Source: Marsupella aquatica (taxonomy: Eukaryota; Plantae; Marchantiophyta). Taken from it: 64,000 nucleotides of DNA. The stretch spans positions 13,470,359-13,534,358 of the forward strand of contig OZ316893.1 of the NCBI GenBank assembly GCA_973895155.1, written 5' to 3'. The position numbers and the translations under genes are program-made. The notes beneath the pieces were generated by a model. It was given only the letters and a program-made list of their open reading frames with translations, was not told the DNA's origin and ran no database searches. Positions 39,186-53,359 of the stretch are shown here, piece after piece (positions within the stretch are counted from its first letter, which is position 1; each line of letters begins with the position of its first letter).

Positions 39186-41686
39186 AGAAAGGACGTGAAC
39201 TACTGTAGAGATGGGAACGACATGTTGTCGTGCTCCACTGCAAACATGAACTAGCGATGGAAGAGACATGTTTTTTTGCATCACTGCAAACAGCGGAGCA
39301 AGACAGAAATCCTAGATCTGGGAGGATGGCACCTTTAATCTCATTTATTAGAGATTAAAGGTGAATCTCTCAATGTTAGAGGAGTCGTGATTGTCTACAC
39401 GTTGGTAGTTGAACTTGACCCATTCCCAGTTGAAGGCTTTCAATTTAATAGTGGCCTGAGGACTAGTGACCCCGAGGAGTACTGTAGTGACCCAGTGGAC
39501 CAGCTTCATTTTTAAGGTTGGGCAACAAGACCCGCATAATCTATAATGTTTAACCTTTTTCACAGCACATGTTTATTTATTTTTGCCTCGAAAAAATCAT
39601 TTGAAATTCATTAAAAAAGCCAACATACAAAAGGGGCTGGCCCACAAAGGTGCACCCAAACCCAGAAGAACCTGGAAGCCGCACCAGGAGAGAAAACAAG
39701 AGGTTCAACTAGTCCATCTGGAGGGACAAAACTTCATAAGACTGACCAATTTGCCACACATGTTTAACCTTTTTTGAGGTGTGGCAAATGTCGGCCTGTG
39801 TGAAGGAGACAAACTATTTTTTGACTTTTACATTTGCCTAGATTTAAGACTGTTGATCCTGGGGACGGGTGACCCTGCAGACCAGCCTAATATTTAAGGT
39901 TTAGCATTAGCATTACAAATGCTTGCCTGTGTGAAGGTTTATGTCTTCACATGATTATAGAGTTTTTGGGAATCTGCCGCTACATGACAGCGGGTTTATA
40001 CAACATTTAGTCTAAACACTTAATCTAGTTTTTGCAGGCTAGCAAAATTTTCCCTTACAATTGAATTTTGTTTCATACTTACACAATATTTGAAAGTTGC
40101 AACAAGGGGCAAACAGCCAAACATAATAGATCTTTGGGTACTTCCATAGACAATTCAGGGTCTAGATGTGAGAAGACAATCTTCATTCCACAGTTGGACA
40201 ATTCTTGAACCTTGTATTAGGGGCTGATGGCCAAAAGTAGAGGACTTATTCCATATTTAGACAAAAGAACAAAGCAAAAAGTTGAAACATCATGCAAACC
40301 CCGGGGTGTACGGTACAAATTCAAAGCTGAAGACATGAACAATACCGTCTTCACTCTCGTAGTTTGCACAATGGCCACCATTACCCCCCACTGTGGTTTG
40401 TCATTTAGCACACTCTAACTCTAAACTTTATGGTAACTCTTATTGGTGATAATATCAAAGCTAAAATTACTTATAGGAAACACAAAAGTGGCAGAGGAGG
40501 CTTAGTTTGTAACAAAAGATAACTAAGGGCCTGTCACATACATTTGTTTTGGCATGTGTTGCACCGGTTTTTTCATTTGGAATGATTTGGGTGTACTCTT
40601 GAACTTAGTGTATGAAATTCTTCATGTTTTAGTAATGGCTATGAAGAAAAAGGTTTCCAAAAATGGATTTGAAATTGCAAGGGTTTGAACCAAAATGAAA
40701 ACATTCAAGATTTGGGACAACATTATGTGCGAGGTAAAGTAACCAAGATGAGTATCCCCATCAAGAAACTCTGTTCACATTAGGGAGTGAGGGCCCAAAG
40801 ACAACCAAGCACATAGTTGATATGAAATGACAAAACAAGGGGTTGCCACACTTTTCCAGAGAAAAATAGAGTACAAGGATTTATTTCCCCTCTTTGCAAA
40901 GGGGGTCATAGGACACACTTCTCCATTGTTTCGGGATAACTCTCACTGGCCTTTGAGTGGATTGTGCTGCCACCACCAATTCTTCTTCTACTTAATTCCC
41001 TGTTTCCGTGTCAAGTCTTCTGCCACATTCCACCTTCGTGCGCCTCCACATTTCAGAAATGGTTTCCTCAACTCTGCTAGATTTCGTTTCTACAGAATTG
41101 AAATTGAAGATTGCGAGGATGATCTCGAGAAGCCAAACTAGCAAATTCAAGATCCTAATTAGAATAGAGTATCAAATGGAGACTTTCCGTGCAAGATTAT
41201 CAGAAAGTGTCGAATGTACTGAGCGAGGAGGTCCAGTGATCGAGAACGTTCTGGGAATAGCTGACGAAAGGCGGAGATTTAGAGAATTTATGTGTCAATT
41301 CCAAGAGCGTGTTTCTGGAATCAACATCACTGATGATCTGTTAAACCCACGAAGGGACACAAAAGTACTCCACAAATTGTCGATACAAATTGGTAAAGCC
41401 GTCGCAGACGAGGAGGTGAACAAATAGTGTCTTACACTAAAGGTCAACAGCTCTAGGAGAATGTTATTGACAAGCTCATTGCAAGAGCAGGTTTATTGTA
41501 CAATGTACGTTGCCATGTTGACCAATTTGGTGAACAATGATAGGAGGCAAACTCACCGGTGCCTCCTTGGTATTTGAAACAAGAAAGAAATCCTCGAAAC
41601 TGTCTAAAGATCCTCATCTGAGAAAAAACATCAACCAATCTACTTGACGAAGTTGTTTACTTCCAAAACTTTGTTTGTGAGATTAT

Positions 41687-44556
41687 TTACTTCCAAACCT
41701 TGTTCAACAGAACAGTCGAGTCTGCTGCCACCGCCTCACCGTCCTGATTCCTATGCCATGTGAGTATTGCGTGGGTGTGGTTTTTGATTTCGAGTTCTGC
41801 ATGTCCAAAGCTGGCCTCTCTGTAGGCAGAGTATGCAGGTTGTGGCATTGTGAAACTGCCACACATTCAGGTCATGCTGTCAAACAGAAAGTACTACAAT
41901 GGACATTCTGACCATGTTAATCACTGAAAAAGCTACAATTTCTGAATAACATTGAAGGGAAATTGGGAAATGGCAACTTACGTTCCAGCAATTCCCTCGA
42001 TATTACCACCATCTCCAATAGTCATATAGGTAGGAGCACTGTCATTAAGAGTAGGGGTGCAGAGTCCATTGACGATATCGTACTCGATATTTGCAACAGG
42101 AAACTGCAACAGATCCAAAACATATAGAGAATCAACTCTCGTGCACTGTCCATCATAATTGCTCTACAAGAGGAAACATTTCTAGGTGCTACTATGTTGT
42201 CCAGGTCAGTACTAGATGGATTGTACACCTACTGTAGAACTAAATGGTTCAGATGATATATCAATTAGACGAAGCCCGTCTTTCACATAAACAGCTTGAA
42301 GATGATTGCTTAACTAAAGAGCAAGGCCATTTCAAGTGTCATTGCTTCATAGGGTTAATTCAAAATCCAATCGATTGTGTGACAGGAGGAGGAAGCTCAC
42401 CGTGCGCTCATAGGCATGAACATGGCCAGCAAATACGATGTCGACTGAGGCGGCGACAAGGAACTTCTCAAATTGCACACGCATTGTTTCCCCTTCCATG
42501 TAGTGGTATGTATTGCTGTTGTACCATGGTGAGTGAAGGAGAACGATCAGCCATGGTGTAATAGTTCTGTTGACTGTTGGTAGAAATCCCGTCAACCAGT
42601 CATATTGAGGAGTGTATTTCCCTGCACAGAAATTACAGTGGCAAATTGTGAAAAGGGTTCTCGTTCCATCAGCTCACGTCGAACTTTCCATATTGTCGAT
42701 CATTTTGTGGAGTACAATTTATCAGCTCAAAGACTGACATTCGAAAACTTATTTGCAAACAACTCTGAATTCTACAGGTCGTCTGCAATTGAACAGCAGA
42801 AGCTATCTAGGATATGAAGAGCAGGATCTCACCATAAGCAGAGTAAGAAGATAGGACAACGATGGTAGCTGGTCCACGTCTGATTGCGTAGAACAGAGGT
42901 GAAGTACTATTAGAGGCCCAGTATGGGGTAAGATAGCGACGAGTGAACGGCTTGAAAGGAACCGATTCTCCCTGCATAGCATTGACCAAAGGGTGAGCGT
43001 ACTCTAGAAAACTTCCCAACTTCCTACACAGCACGATTTGACCATTTCCTCACACAACGAGACCGTTGCAAATATCAGTCAATGCAATTGAATAGATTGT
43101 GATGCTGGAAGTACTGACGTTGGATGGGTCGAATTCAATCTCATGGTTTCCAGCTGTCCAAATCCAGGGTTGATATGCTGTACTTGGTTCGACCATTCGG
43201 CCCCATGTGTCCCAACGCACGTTGTAGTCATAGGGATAGTTATCAGCATAAGACAAGTCCCCTACGTACAAAAGGCTTTGTCCAGTGCTGTTATAGTAAT
43301 GATCGAAGGTTGATTTGGAATCGTATGTCTGACCCAAATCACCTGCCATTCAGCACATTGTACACATCAGAAACTGAAGATACTACTCAAAAACACATAC
43401 TTTGATTGAGAGAAACTATCAAAGTGAAACAAATTGAGGTTTGCGAAACCTATGAAACGACTATTATAGGAGAGAGTGAACCCATGTGAACCACCCATTG
43501 ATATCATGGACAAATCACATTCTTCGGGGCCAAGCAATTATGGAGGAAAGCTTACCGATAATTCCGAATGTATATGCCACGTCTAGACCACTGGCAGGAG
43601 GAGTGAAGAACGAAAACTCACGAGCAACGGCCCCTTTGCCAAGTTGGTAAAAGTACTCTGTATCATACTGCAGAGAAAAGGATTTCAATGTCAAACAAGT
43701 CTTAGTTCTGTGCGATAAGTCTTTCCTGAGGCACAAAATTGTAGAATACTTGGAGAAGCTCATGCAAAGGAGGAACCAATGAAAGTTTTAGCACGATTTC
43801 GTATTGCATTCCAATCGGAATATAGAATATGTCCCTCGTCCATCAGAGACAACTCATTTTATCGTAAGAAAATCGATACTCGGTAGTCCGGAAGGGAAAC
43901 CGGGGTCATATCTCATATGAAAATCGAGGCGCCGAGCTAGTAAAAGTTTGATTCAGACCTCGAGGTTTCTTATTATAGCGTGGTGGATGAAGCCCGACGA
44001 GTAATTGTAGAACCTGTACGTGTAAATGTGACCGGTGGCCGTGTAGGTGTAATTACCCTTCTCCGTGCCATAGTAGACCTCACTTCCATCGGGCGCGTCA
44101 GGAGTGATCCAAGACACAATCACTGCCTTGCCCTCATAGTCACCTTGAGTTATGTGGACCTGCAGGTAACCGACAACAATGGATGTTGTAATTACTCGTC
44201 ATCAAGCCCGAACGGACCAGAAACCGTTGAGATTGAGAAGTTTCGTGCAGTCGCCAGAGTCTTTCCAATGCACTGGTGCTAAGAATGGAAAATTTGAGGG
44301 ATTACAATGAGCTTGCGAAGTTTTTTCCGTCTTGAAACCAAATTTGAAAAACGGAACGAAATATCGATTTCTTTTATACCTGCTGCGGAGCGTTGTACCC
44401 GGGAGGAGGGGCAAAAATAGAACTGTTTTCTGGAATGTCTACTCCGGCTAGAAGGCTCCGCATGTACCGACTCGTCTCGCCCGCATTGCTCACCGCGGCA
44501 TTCGTCACCAGCAAAACAAACAAGAACGGCAGTACTGCCGACCGGAGGTAGTCCAT
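41687..44556 (-). CDS. PAP: Purple acid phosphatase (high-molecular-weight, PAP10/12/26-like), multi-exon, secreted
   Basis: Signal peptide, [16 protein letters not shown] and all five metal-ligand motifs: GDLG, GDLSYAD, GNHE, VLLH and GHVH. Then [12 protein letters not shown] and [19 protein letters not shown], with TAA at 41689-41687. Confidence 0.95.
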
Positions 44557-47500
44557 CTTAAACAGGGTCTATGATTGATTACTGTCGTCAAAGTTCATCA
44601 GCAAATGATTCCCTGCGACCAAACGCCAGCAACTCTGCCGAAGTTAATTTTCAAACAGCAAAGTCGTCGAGGTCTCGTCAGCATAACATCAAGTCCTCAG
44701 TGTCTTAAACATGACGATTGAATGTACGCCTCAGTTCGATGACGGTCTGAAGCGAAGTATAAGATTTCCTGTCACTGCCGTCAAAGCAGACTGTGCTAGA
44801 TTCAGACATAAATTAGCCGGATAGTAGGAAAACTGGTAAATAGGGTTCGTTGGCTTGCAATAGTTTCGCACTCGAAGGCTCATGTTCATGATCTTCCTCC
44901 AATGAAGCGGAGTGTGGTTTCGGGCATGAGCCACGAACACGGATTGTACGTCCCATCATTGATTCTAGACACCAGTTGAAACAGGACAACAATCTATCAA
45001 ACATCCGTTCTCACCATGACTGTACCCAGAAAGTACCCAAAACAGGCACGCCGGCTGTCTTACGGGGACCGGCCGGACAAAATAAAGCTATGACAATCGC
45101 CGAGTAGTGGTCGGAATCGAAGAAGAGTGCAATGACCAAACAAACCTTGACGATTGTCATTCGCAGGAGAAACACATTGACATTGCGCCGCAGCTATTAA
45201 TAGTCATGATAGGAGTGGCGATGAATTCTCCAGTCTCTGACGAATATTGGAAATTAACAATATCCAATCCTCACAATAACATTGCTGGAGTATGGAATCA
45301 AGACTGCAAGGTCCCCGTGGCCTTGCTGTTTCGAAATTGCTTCGGGGGAGATACTCATTCTCGGTGCATGTAGCGACGAGCTTGATGGATGGATGTAGAG
45401 AAAGATGATGAATTGTCTCTTCCGGGACTGGAGAGATGGAGATAGCCCGACAGAGATCGCTTGAATTTTTAGTCCACAGGTTCCCAATTTGGGCATGGGA
45501 CAACACCAGAAGGATACCTGAAATCTGAAGCTGAATGAAGTTAACGAAGCAAAGTACACTATAGAAGTAGCGATCAATACTAAAAGTAGTAGTTGCAGGC
45601 TATCCCCTGAGATTCCCCCTTTTTTACCTTAGTGGTAAAATGAGAGAAATCTAACAGAATTTGCTGATGACCAAGCATCTTCGACTGAGCGTTGTTAGTC
45701 GAATTGAGACTTCACAGAGCTGTATATCAGTACTACGAAAGAGGAGGGTTAATTTAAAGTTCCAGTCGACAACGAAAACTGAAGGAAGTTGATCGGACGC
45801 CCCGAAAAATCACAGTCTCGGCTGTCATAATTTCCCGGAGATTCAAAGCTCACCACCAGGATCAAATCTACGTTCAAAATTAAGTCGGCAGATTTATTCC
45901 CGGTACTTGCGACGAGAAATTGACGAACCACGAGCGACGTCAATATTGTCCATCTGCTGCAGGGAGACGAACGAGGGATACATCGATCGACCGGAACCAG
46001 TTCAGCGCGGACGATTGCATTCATCAATATTTCGTCACCAATCTTCGTCCGTTGTGTTGTACCGTACGACTAACTTGGGAGTGGAATTGAAAGCTTACAA
46101 AATTTGAAAAGCCTGTTGTGAACCGTACTTCCGACCTCGCGGGAGCCTGCCTCTCCGACCTTGATCGAGCACGAGCGGAATGGGATGGGACGCTCATGCG
46201 CCTCAGCTAGAATCGCCATAACTTGCATCTCTGACTACGCTTATGTAGTTCGACAGTGCAGCCCTTGCGGTACCTGGGGGGCAATTTAAGAATAGGAGCG
46301 CAATGGAGGGAGGTATTCGATCCGCATATACTTAGGAATTGTGCCAAGCTTCTAATCTTACGTGGCAAACTTCGACCCCTACACGTCCAGCACCTGGTCA
46401 ACGGATTCAACCATTGTTCAACTGCATATGATCAGCATCATAAGCTCTCTTACTTATTAGTTAAATAGCTTATCGTGTCTGTTGTTGAGGACGGAGGCAT
46501 AATTCGAGAAACCATACATTACTCCATCCCTGCAATTGCGGGAGCAGTGGCTACAGTCCACAATATGGCGACGTTGAGAGAAAAATTGAACTGAAGTGCT
46601 AACCTAAAATCACGCAAGGCATATCCAAATTACATCTCTCTTCCGGTTGAGCAGCCTGTACCGGCCTACCCGGTCACGTCACGTCCACCGCCGGTTCTCC
46701 GAGCTTCCAGTATGCTGTTTCTTGGAATGGAATTCTTAAAACACGCGAAGCACATTGCTCTTGTGATGTTCAAATTTTGGTGGCATTATTTTCTGCTCGC
46801 ACTTCCACATAACGTCTCAGCTTTACTCTGGTCATAAAAGGCGGACAGTCACATCTCTTCGATCAGGACAGTACACTACTTGACAATTTCCAATTCGCTT
46901 GCAGTATCAAGGGGGTCCCAGATGTGCTTTTAACCTACAAGCTCGCTTTTACATGCCAACGCACTGGACTTGTAAGCAACAGTGTAACATGAGACTCGCA
47001 GACAGATGTCCATTCTTAACTATATTGCCTCTTGAGCAATTTTCATTATTTCCCTGCATCCACAGAAACAGCAAACTCAAACGTCCATGGTTAGTTGGAA
47101 GCAATCCCGGCCCGACTCGAGAAATGGCCATCTATTGGCCTGGAAGCAACAAACAAAACGAAAATCGCAGACGTCCATTCTTACCCGAGTTGCTTCGAAC
47201 AATTATCATTCAGGAATTCCATCCACGGAAACAGTGAACACAGACAGACGTCCATGGTTAGTTGTAAGTAATCGGGGTCGATTAATTGCGAAACGACAAT
47301 CATCGTAGGTTTTGCTTCTGCTTAATTAGACTATAGTTCATTCTTTGATTTCATTTTTTCACCGTCGCTCCATTCGTTTAGGGCAGACATATCTACAGTA
47401 GTCGACACGAAGTGACCAAGAAATTAAGATCTTGTACTGTAGAAGAATTGGAGTACCTCAAATTTCAACAATACCGTGGGAATCTGACCGCGCTTGCATC

Positions 47501-47634
47501 TGAGCTCGGTAAAGTCGAGAGGAAAACACCGGACGAAACAAACCGATTGATTTTTGACAAAAAAGCAGGAGCCGTGTAGAAAAACGACCTCGAGATTCTC
47601 CTCTCCTTTTTGGTGATCAGAGCTCTGAAAAGAG

Positions 47635-47960
47635 TGTGGGGAGAAATCAGATCAGGAAAAACACTCCAAACATGCACGTGCTCAATAGTTACGTGGTTCG
47701 CCTCAAGGTTGGCTACGTCCACGGGAAGACCAAGCTTTATTAGCGGTTATGTGTGTACTCAAGCATCACCATAGCTCTCATCTCTTCAAGCTCTCATCTC
47801 TTGCTATATCCCTGTGTTCTCTCTTGAGAACTCTCTTGTGTGTGTTCTCACACCACATACAAGTTGAAGAGATAAGGATCAATCTCTTCAACTAGGGTTT
47901 ACTCTAACCCTAGTTAACATCCTAACTATAGTTCAACCCAAGATTGAGTTAACCTCTACA
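47635..47960 (-). repeat. 3' LTR (326 bp)
   Basis: Near-identical to 53360-53681. Confidence 0.95.
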
Positions 47961-48152
47961 AACTCCCCCTTGACTCACGTCTTGGGAGGGTTCATAATAT
48001 TGTCTTTTCCTTACAAGTTCCTCCGCGGGAAGTTCAAGACAGTAAGGCCAAAAGGCCCTCCCCCTAATGCAAGGGTTAACTAGAACTAAGCCGTAGCCGA
48101 TAAGCCATCGGATGGAGTACTCATATAGAGACATTTTCTTGGTTAACTCTAT

Positions 48153-51100
48153 TTACAATATTTGTAAATAATTACAATGCCTTGAAAAACTATTGGAGTC
48201 TAATACTTTGGTAAAAGCATCCGCTGGATTAAGCTTTCCATCAATCTTGACAAGCTCAAATTCATCATCCGATAATGCCTGTCGGATGAAATGATAGCGG
48301 ACATCAATGTGCTTTACCCTGCCATCCATCACCTGATTCTTGGCAGTGTAAATTGCACTTTGACTGTCACAATGAAGATACACAGAATCTTGTGATAAGC
48401 CCATCTCTTTGACAAGCTTTTTCAACCAAATGGTCTCTGATGTTGCTTCTGCTGCCGCTACATACTCGGCATCCATAGTAGACTTTGCAACACACTTTTG
48501 GAGAGTAGACTTCCAACTAATGCATCCACCAGCAAGTGTAAATACATATCCAGTTGTTGATCTCCTCTTATCCAGATCACCTGCGTAGTCTGTATCCACA
48601 TAACCTTGAAGCACTTTCATATTGTTTGAACTTGCATCAAACAATAAACCCTTCTTAGTGGAACCTCTGATGTAGCGCAAAATCCATTTCACTGCTTCCC
48701 AATGGACTTTTCCTGGATTTGCCATGTATCTGCTTACCTTGCTAACGGCATAAGCTATGTCTGGTCGGGTGCATACCATGAGATACATTAAACTGCCCAC
48801 AACACTTTCATAAGGAACTTTGGACATCAAACTTTTTTCTGTTGCATCCGATGGACAAAATGCTGCAGAAATATTGAAATGCCTTGCCAAAGGAACACTC
48901 ACAGCCTTAGCATCTGCCATGTTGAATTTTGAGAGCACCTTCTCTGCATATCTTTTTTGCGTCAGCCAAAGTTTGGCTTTGTTCACATCCCTGACAATCT
49001 CCATGCCTAGGATCCTCTTGGCTGTGCCCAAGTCCTTCATCTTAAACTCAGAACTGAGTTGGGCCTTAAGTTTATCAACTTCGCCCCTATCCTTTGCTGC
49101 AATGAGCATGTCATCCACATAAAGTACAAGGATGACAAACTTAAAACCTATGTTGTTCACACGCCTGATGTAAACATATGGATCGTACACGCTTCGCAAA
49201 AATCCAAGCGATTTCAAAAATTCATCAAAACGTTTGTTCCACTGCCTTGGGCTCTGCTTTAATCCATACAAGGATTTTAGCAATCTGCATACCAAATTTT
49301 CCTTGCCCTTTTGTACAAAACCCTCTGGTTGCCTCATGTAAATCACCTCATCCAACGATCCATATAAGAATGCCGTGACAACATCCATTTGATCTAAAAC
49401 TAGATCAAATAAAACTACAAGAGCACATAGCAAACGTATTGTTGAATACTTTGTTATGGGTGAAAAAACCTCATTGTAGTCTATACCTTTCTGTTGAGTA
49501 AAACCCTTGGCTACCAACCGAGCCTTAAATATCTTCTCAGCATCCTCCGTGGGTCCATCTTTCTTTCTATATACCCACTTGTTGTCAACAGCCTGCTTGT
49601 CACTAGGTAGACTTGTGAGTTCCCAAGTCTTGTTATCATGAAGTGATTTCATTTCCATGCGTATCGCCGCCTGCCATTGTTGCTTCTCCATAGAAGCTAG
49701 GACCTCTCGAAATGAGAATGGATATCCATCTTCTGTCACCAATGCATCAATAGATTCTTCATCCAAATCCACTTGATCAGAAGGAAGCCAAGTTCCATAC
49801 CTTTCTCGGGCTTGACGTTTGCGAGTTCCTCTTCGCACTGAAGACTCTGGATGATCTGATTGTAGTATGCTTTGCCTTACAGTGGTGTCAACATATTCTT
49901 CATCTGACACATCCTTTCCCCTTAAATCCTCTAGAGGAGGAGATTGCTCTTTGTTAGTAGTAGGAAATTGATCTATCTCCCCCTCCTTCAATGATTTTTC
50001 TTCATTGAAGGATACATCCCGACTAACAAGTAACTTGCAATCAACTGGATCCCACAACCGATAACCTTTAACTTCATGCTGATAACCAAGAAAAATGCAT
50101 TTCTGGGCTCTAGGATCTAGCTTAGTCCTATTGTTGCTAGGAACATGTGCATATGCTTCACAGCCAAAAACCCTAAGCTTTGGATAATCAGCAGGTCAAT
50201 TGTGCCATAACTCAAAGGGGGTTTTGTAAGTAATTGCTCGACTAGGAGAGAGATTTACTAGATAAGCAGCAATGTTCACAGCTTCCGCCCAAAAGATTTG
50301 TGGCAATTTAGAGTGGCTCAACATGCTCCTTTCTCGCTCCAACAATGTGAGGTTGAGTCGCTCAGCAACACCATTTTGCTCAGGAGTGTACACAGTTGTG
50401 AGATGGTGAGTAATTCCCTTATTTGCACAATACGTGTTGAACTCGCCAGAGGTGTATTCACCACCATTATCTGATCGTAGATATCTCACATTCATTGTAG
50501 TCTGTGTCTCAACTTGAGCTACCCATTGTTTGAAGATGGAAAGCACTTCAAACTTATGGGCAATGAAATAAATCCAAACAAACCTTGAGTACTCATCGAT
50601 AAACGATACATAGTATTGTTTGCCTGAATATGAGGAAACCGGAGCAGGACCCCACACATCGGAATGAATATACTCAAGTACAACTTTAGAATGATGAATA
50701 GCAGTCGGAAATGGAGTTCTTGTTTTCTTGCCGACAATGCAATGATCACAAAAACTCAACTTGCATGCTTGCAATCCTGGTAGGAGATGTCGCTTGTGTA
50801 AAATTTCCAAACTTTTTTCACTCATGTGACCAAGCCGAGCATGCCATAAATTGATTTTCTCCTCCTGAGATGTGACCAAATTGACTTCGGCAGGAAGGGT
50901 GGTGCCTTCCAAGACATAGATGTTTCTTTTCCTCTTGCCAATAAGAACTTCAGTTGATCCATGCGTGACTGTTAACACCCCATCAGTTGCACTCCATTGA
51001 TAACCCTTCGCATCCAAGTAGCCAAGAGAAATCAAATTCTTACACATTTCTGGAATGTGTCTGACATTTGATAGAGTACAGTACTTGCCACCAGGTAGTT

Positions 51101-52187
51101 GAATCTTTACGAATCCAATCCCTAAAACTTTGCAAGAATGATTATTTCCCATCAAAACAGATCCGTTGATAGGAGTGTAGGATGAGAAAAATTCACGCAT
51201 ATAACACATGTGATATGAGCAAGCGGAATCCAAAATCCATTGACAATCCTCAACTTGGGAAGTGGTACACAATGCAAATCCTTCACTATCCTCTTCTCGA
51301 ACAACTACTTGGGCTGAAGAACCGGCAACTTCCTTGAATGTGTCTTTGACGCGACAATCCTTCTTCATGTGGCCCACTTTATCACACTTCCAACACTTTA
51401 TCTCACGAGTAGACTTGGATGGTGATTTGGATCGAGATCTAGATCTGGATCTAAACCTCCTCCTACTAAAAGATCGGTCGTGGAACCTTCCTCGCTCCAT
51501 GGGAAGTGGGTTAAACCTTTTGTTTTCATGAGATGGCTCCCTTGATTTGCCTCTTTCTACCAACAATGTTGTTGATGATGAGGTTGAGGTAGGATGAGCT
51601 GAAGAAACCAACTTAGACTGCATGTCATCGGTCAACAGGGCACTCACCACATCATTGTAGGATATAGTTGTCTTATCACGGAATAGAAGAACTCGAGACA
51701 AAGATTGGTACGAAGGTGGTAGTGAGCTCAAGAGTTGTAAGGCTTTCTTTTCTTCGCTCAAATGCTCCCCCAAATTCTCTAGGTCAACCACAAGATCATT
51801 GAACTGATCGATATGATCTTGAATCTTGACTCCATCAGCCATTTTGAATTGCATCAGCTTCAGGCTTGCATACATTCGGTTTGACATCTCCTTCTTGTAG
51901 TACTTGTTGCGCAATGCTTGAAACAAGTCCGTCACCGTTTGTGTTGATTTTTCCTCGAACTGCTTCTTCACATTGTTTTTCAGGTACATTCCAACAATGC
52001 TTACCGCTTGATCCTGAAGATCATGCTAATCATCATCTTCCATCTCCTTGGGTTGAGATCTTAGTACCTTGCCTAGGCCCTTCGCCCTAAGTGCATCCCT
52101 CACGTTACGTTCCCATATTGTATAGTCCATCCGACCATCAAATTTTTCCACCTCAAACCTTTGACCTCCAATCCTAGTAGTCGCCAT
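48153..52187 (-). pseudogene. copia gag-pol polyprotein with two in-frame stops
   Basis: ATG 52187 gives MATTRIGGQRFEVEKFDG. Then zinc knuckle CWKCDKVGHMKKDC, protease WILDSACSYHM, integrase WHARLGH..CDHC, HSDVWGP, LRSDNGGEY and QNGVAER, RT KARLVAKG, QMDVVTAFL and YVDD, and RNase H KHIDVRYHF. Stops are TAG at 52028-52026 and TGA at 50198-50196, all in one frame. Confidence 0.95.
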
Positions 52188-53359
52188 CGCTAGAATGCCA
52201 AATGTAGTGTGGAGTTGCCTTCCAACAAGAAATAAACGTCGAATGCTCAGATGCGGGGTGTGAAAATAAGGCCAAAAATGAAAGTTGGTGAATTTTGAAA
52301 CTGATCACTCCTGTGTGTAGCCCACAAGGTAACGCTCCAAATGCTGAAAACGGTTTGTCAAACGGACTCTCGAGTGCCGAGAATTTTTACTCTGACCGGA
52401 GGGGGGTAAAAAATGAAATAAATACCCCTCGAGGGAATCTTTTATGCCAAAGATTCCACTAGTATGCGTTTCCAAAATTGAGCACACCAATGCTTGCCTA
52501 GCTTCCCCAAGTACACCTCTCCAAAAGTTGAAGTTGATTCGATTTTGTTTGCCGCTCGGAATCTTTGACCTTCGGTAAAAATTTAAGCCTCTAGAAAAAG
52601 AATCTTTTCGGGAAATTCCGTCCGCCCTTGTACAGCCCCTGTGGGGGAAATTCACAGGGGGCACTTCCCCCTGCCCGAGCCCTGTCGAGCCCTAAAAGGC
52701 CTCCTCGAAGTTTTCGACCTCCTCGCGCGTCCGCGGAAGTCGCGACTACTCGCGGCAGAAAGTACCCCTCGGCGGATTCACTCAAATTCCCGTCTCAGTT
52801 TTTGACGAAATCCAATTCTGATTTCAGATTCAGAAACTAGACTTCGAGGGCATCAAGATCGATATAAAGAACTTGCAAAACGGTGAAGTAATGAGGGAGA
52901 AACGATTCGTTGAAAGTGACTGATATTAAGTTATCCGCCATAGCCAAAATTTCGAGCTCAAAAAACGAGAATTGAAATTAAGATTGTTTCTCAACCGTTT
53001 GACGGAATTCAACGATGTTGATATCGAAACGTCTAGAAAGACAAGGCGCTCAAGCGTATCTCAGTTTCAAGTCCCGATAGAACAATAAAAAAGACTGATC
53101 TGAGAAATTGACCTTATCTCTTGCCCGATAACGTAAATTGAAAACCGTCACTTACAATTGTTTCCGTTTCTGACCTCAGGCCTTCATTGCTTCACTGAAA
53201 TGAGCCCCTGGTTGTGTGCTCCACACTTGTGAGAAGATTGAGTCCGATCTTCTTCCAATAGCTCCGCTTTGAAGAGGAAATCATCCGCTGTTCGCTTTAC
53301 TTGAAGCAAGTTCTATGGAGTTCCTAATCGACTGAAAAAATCTGAGCTCTGATACCAAT

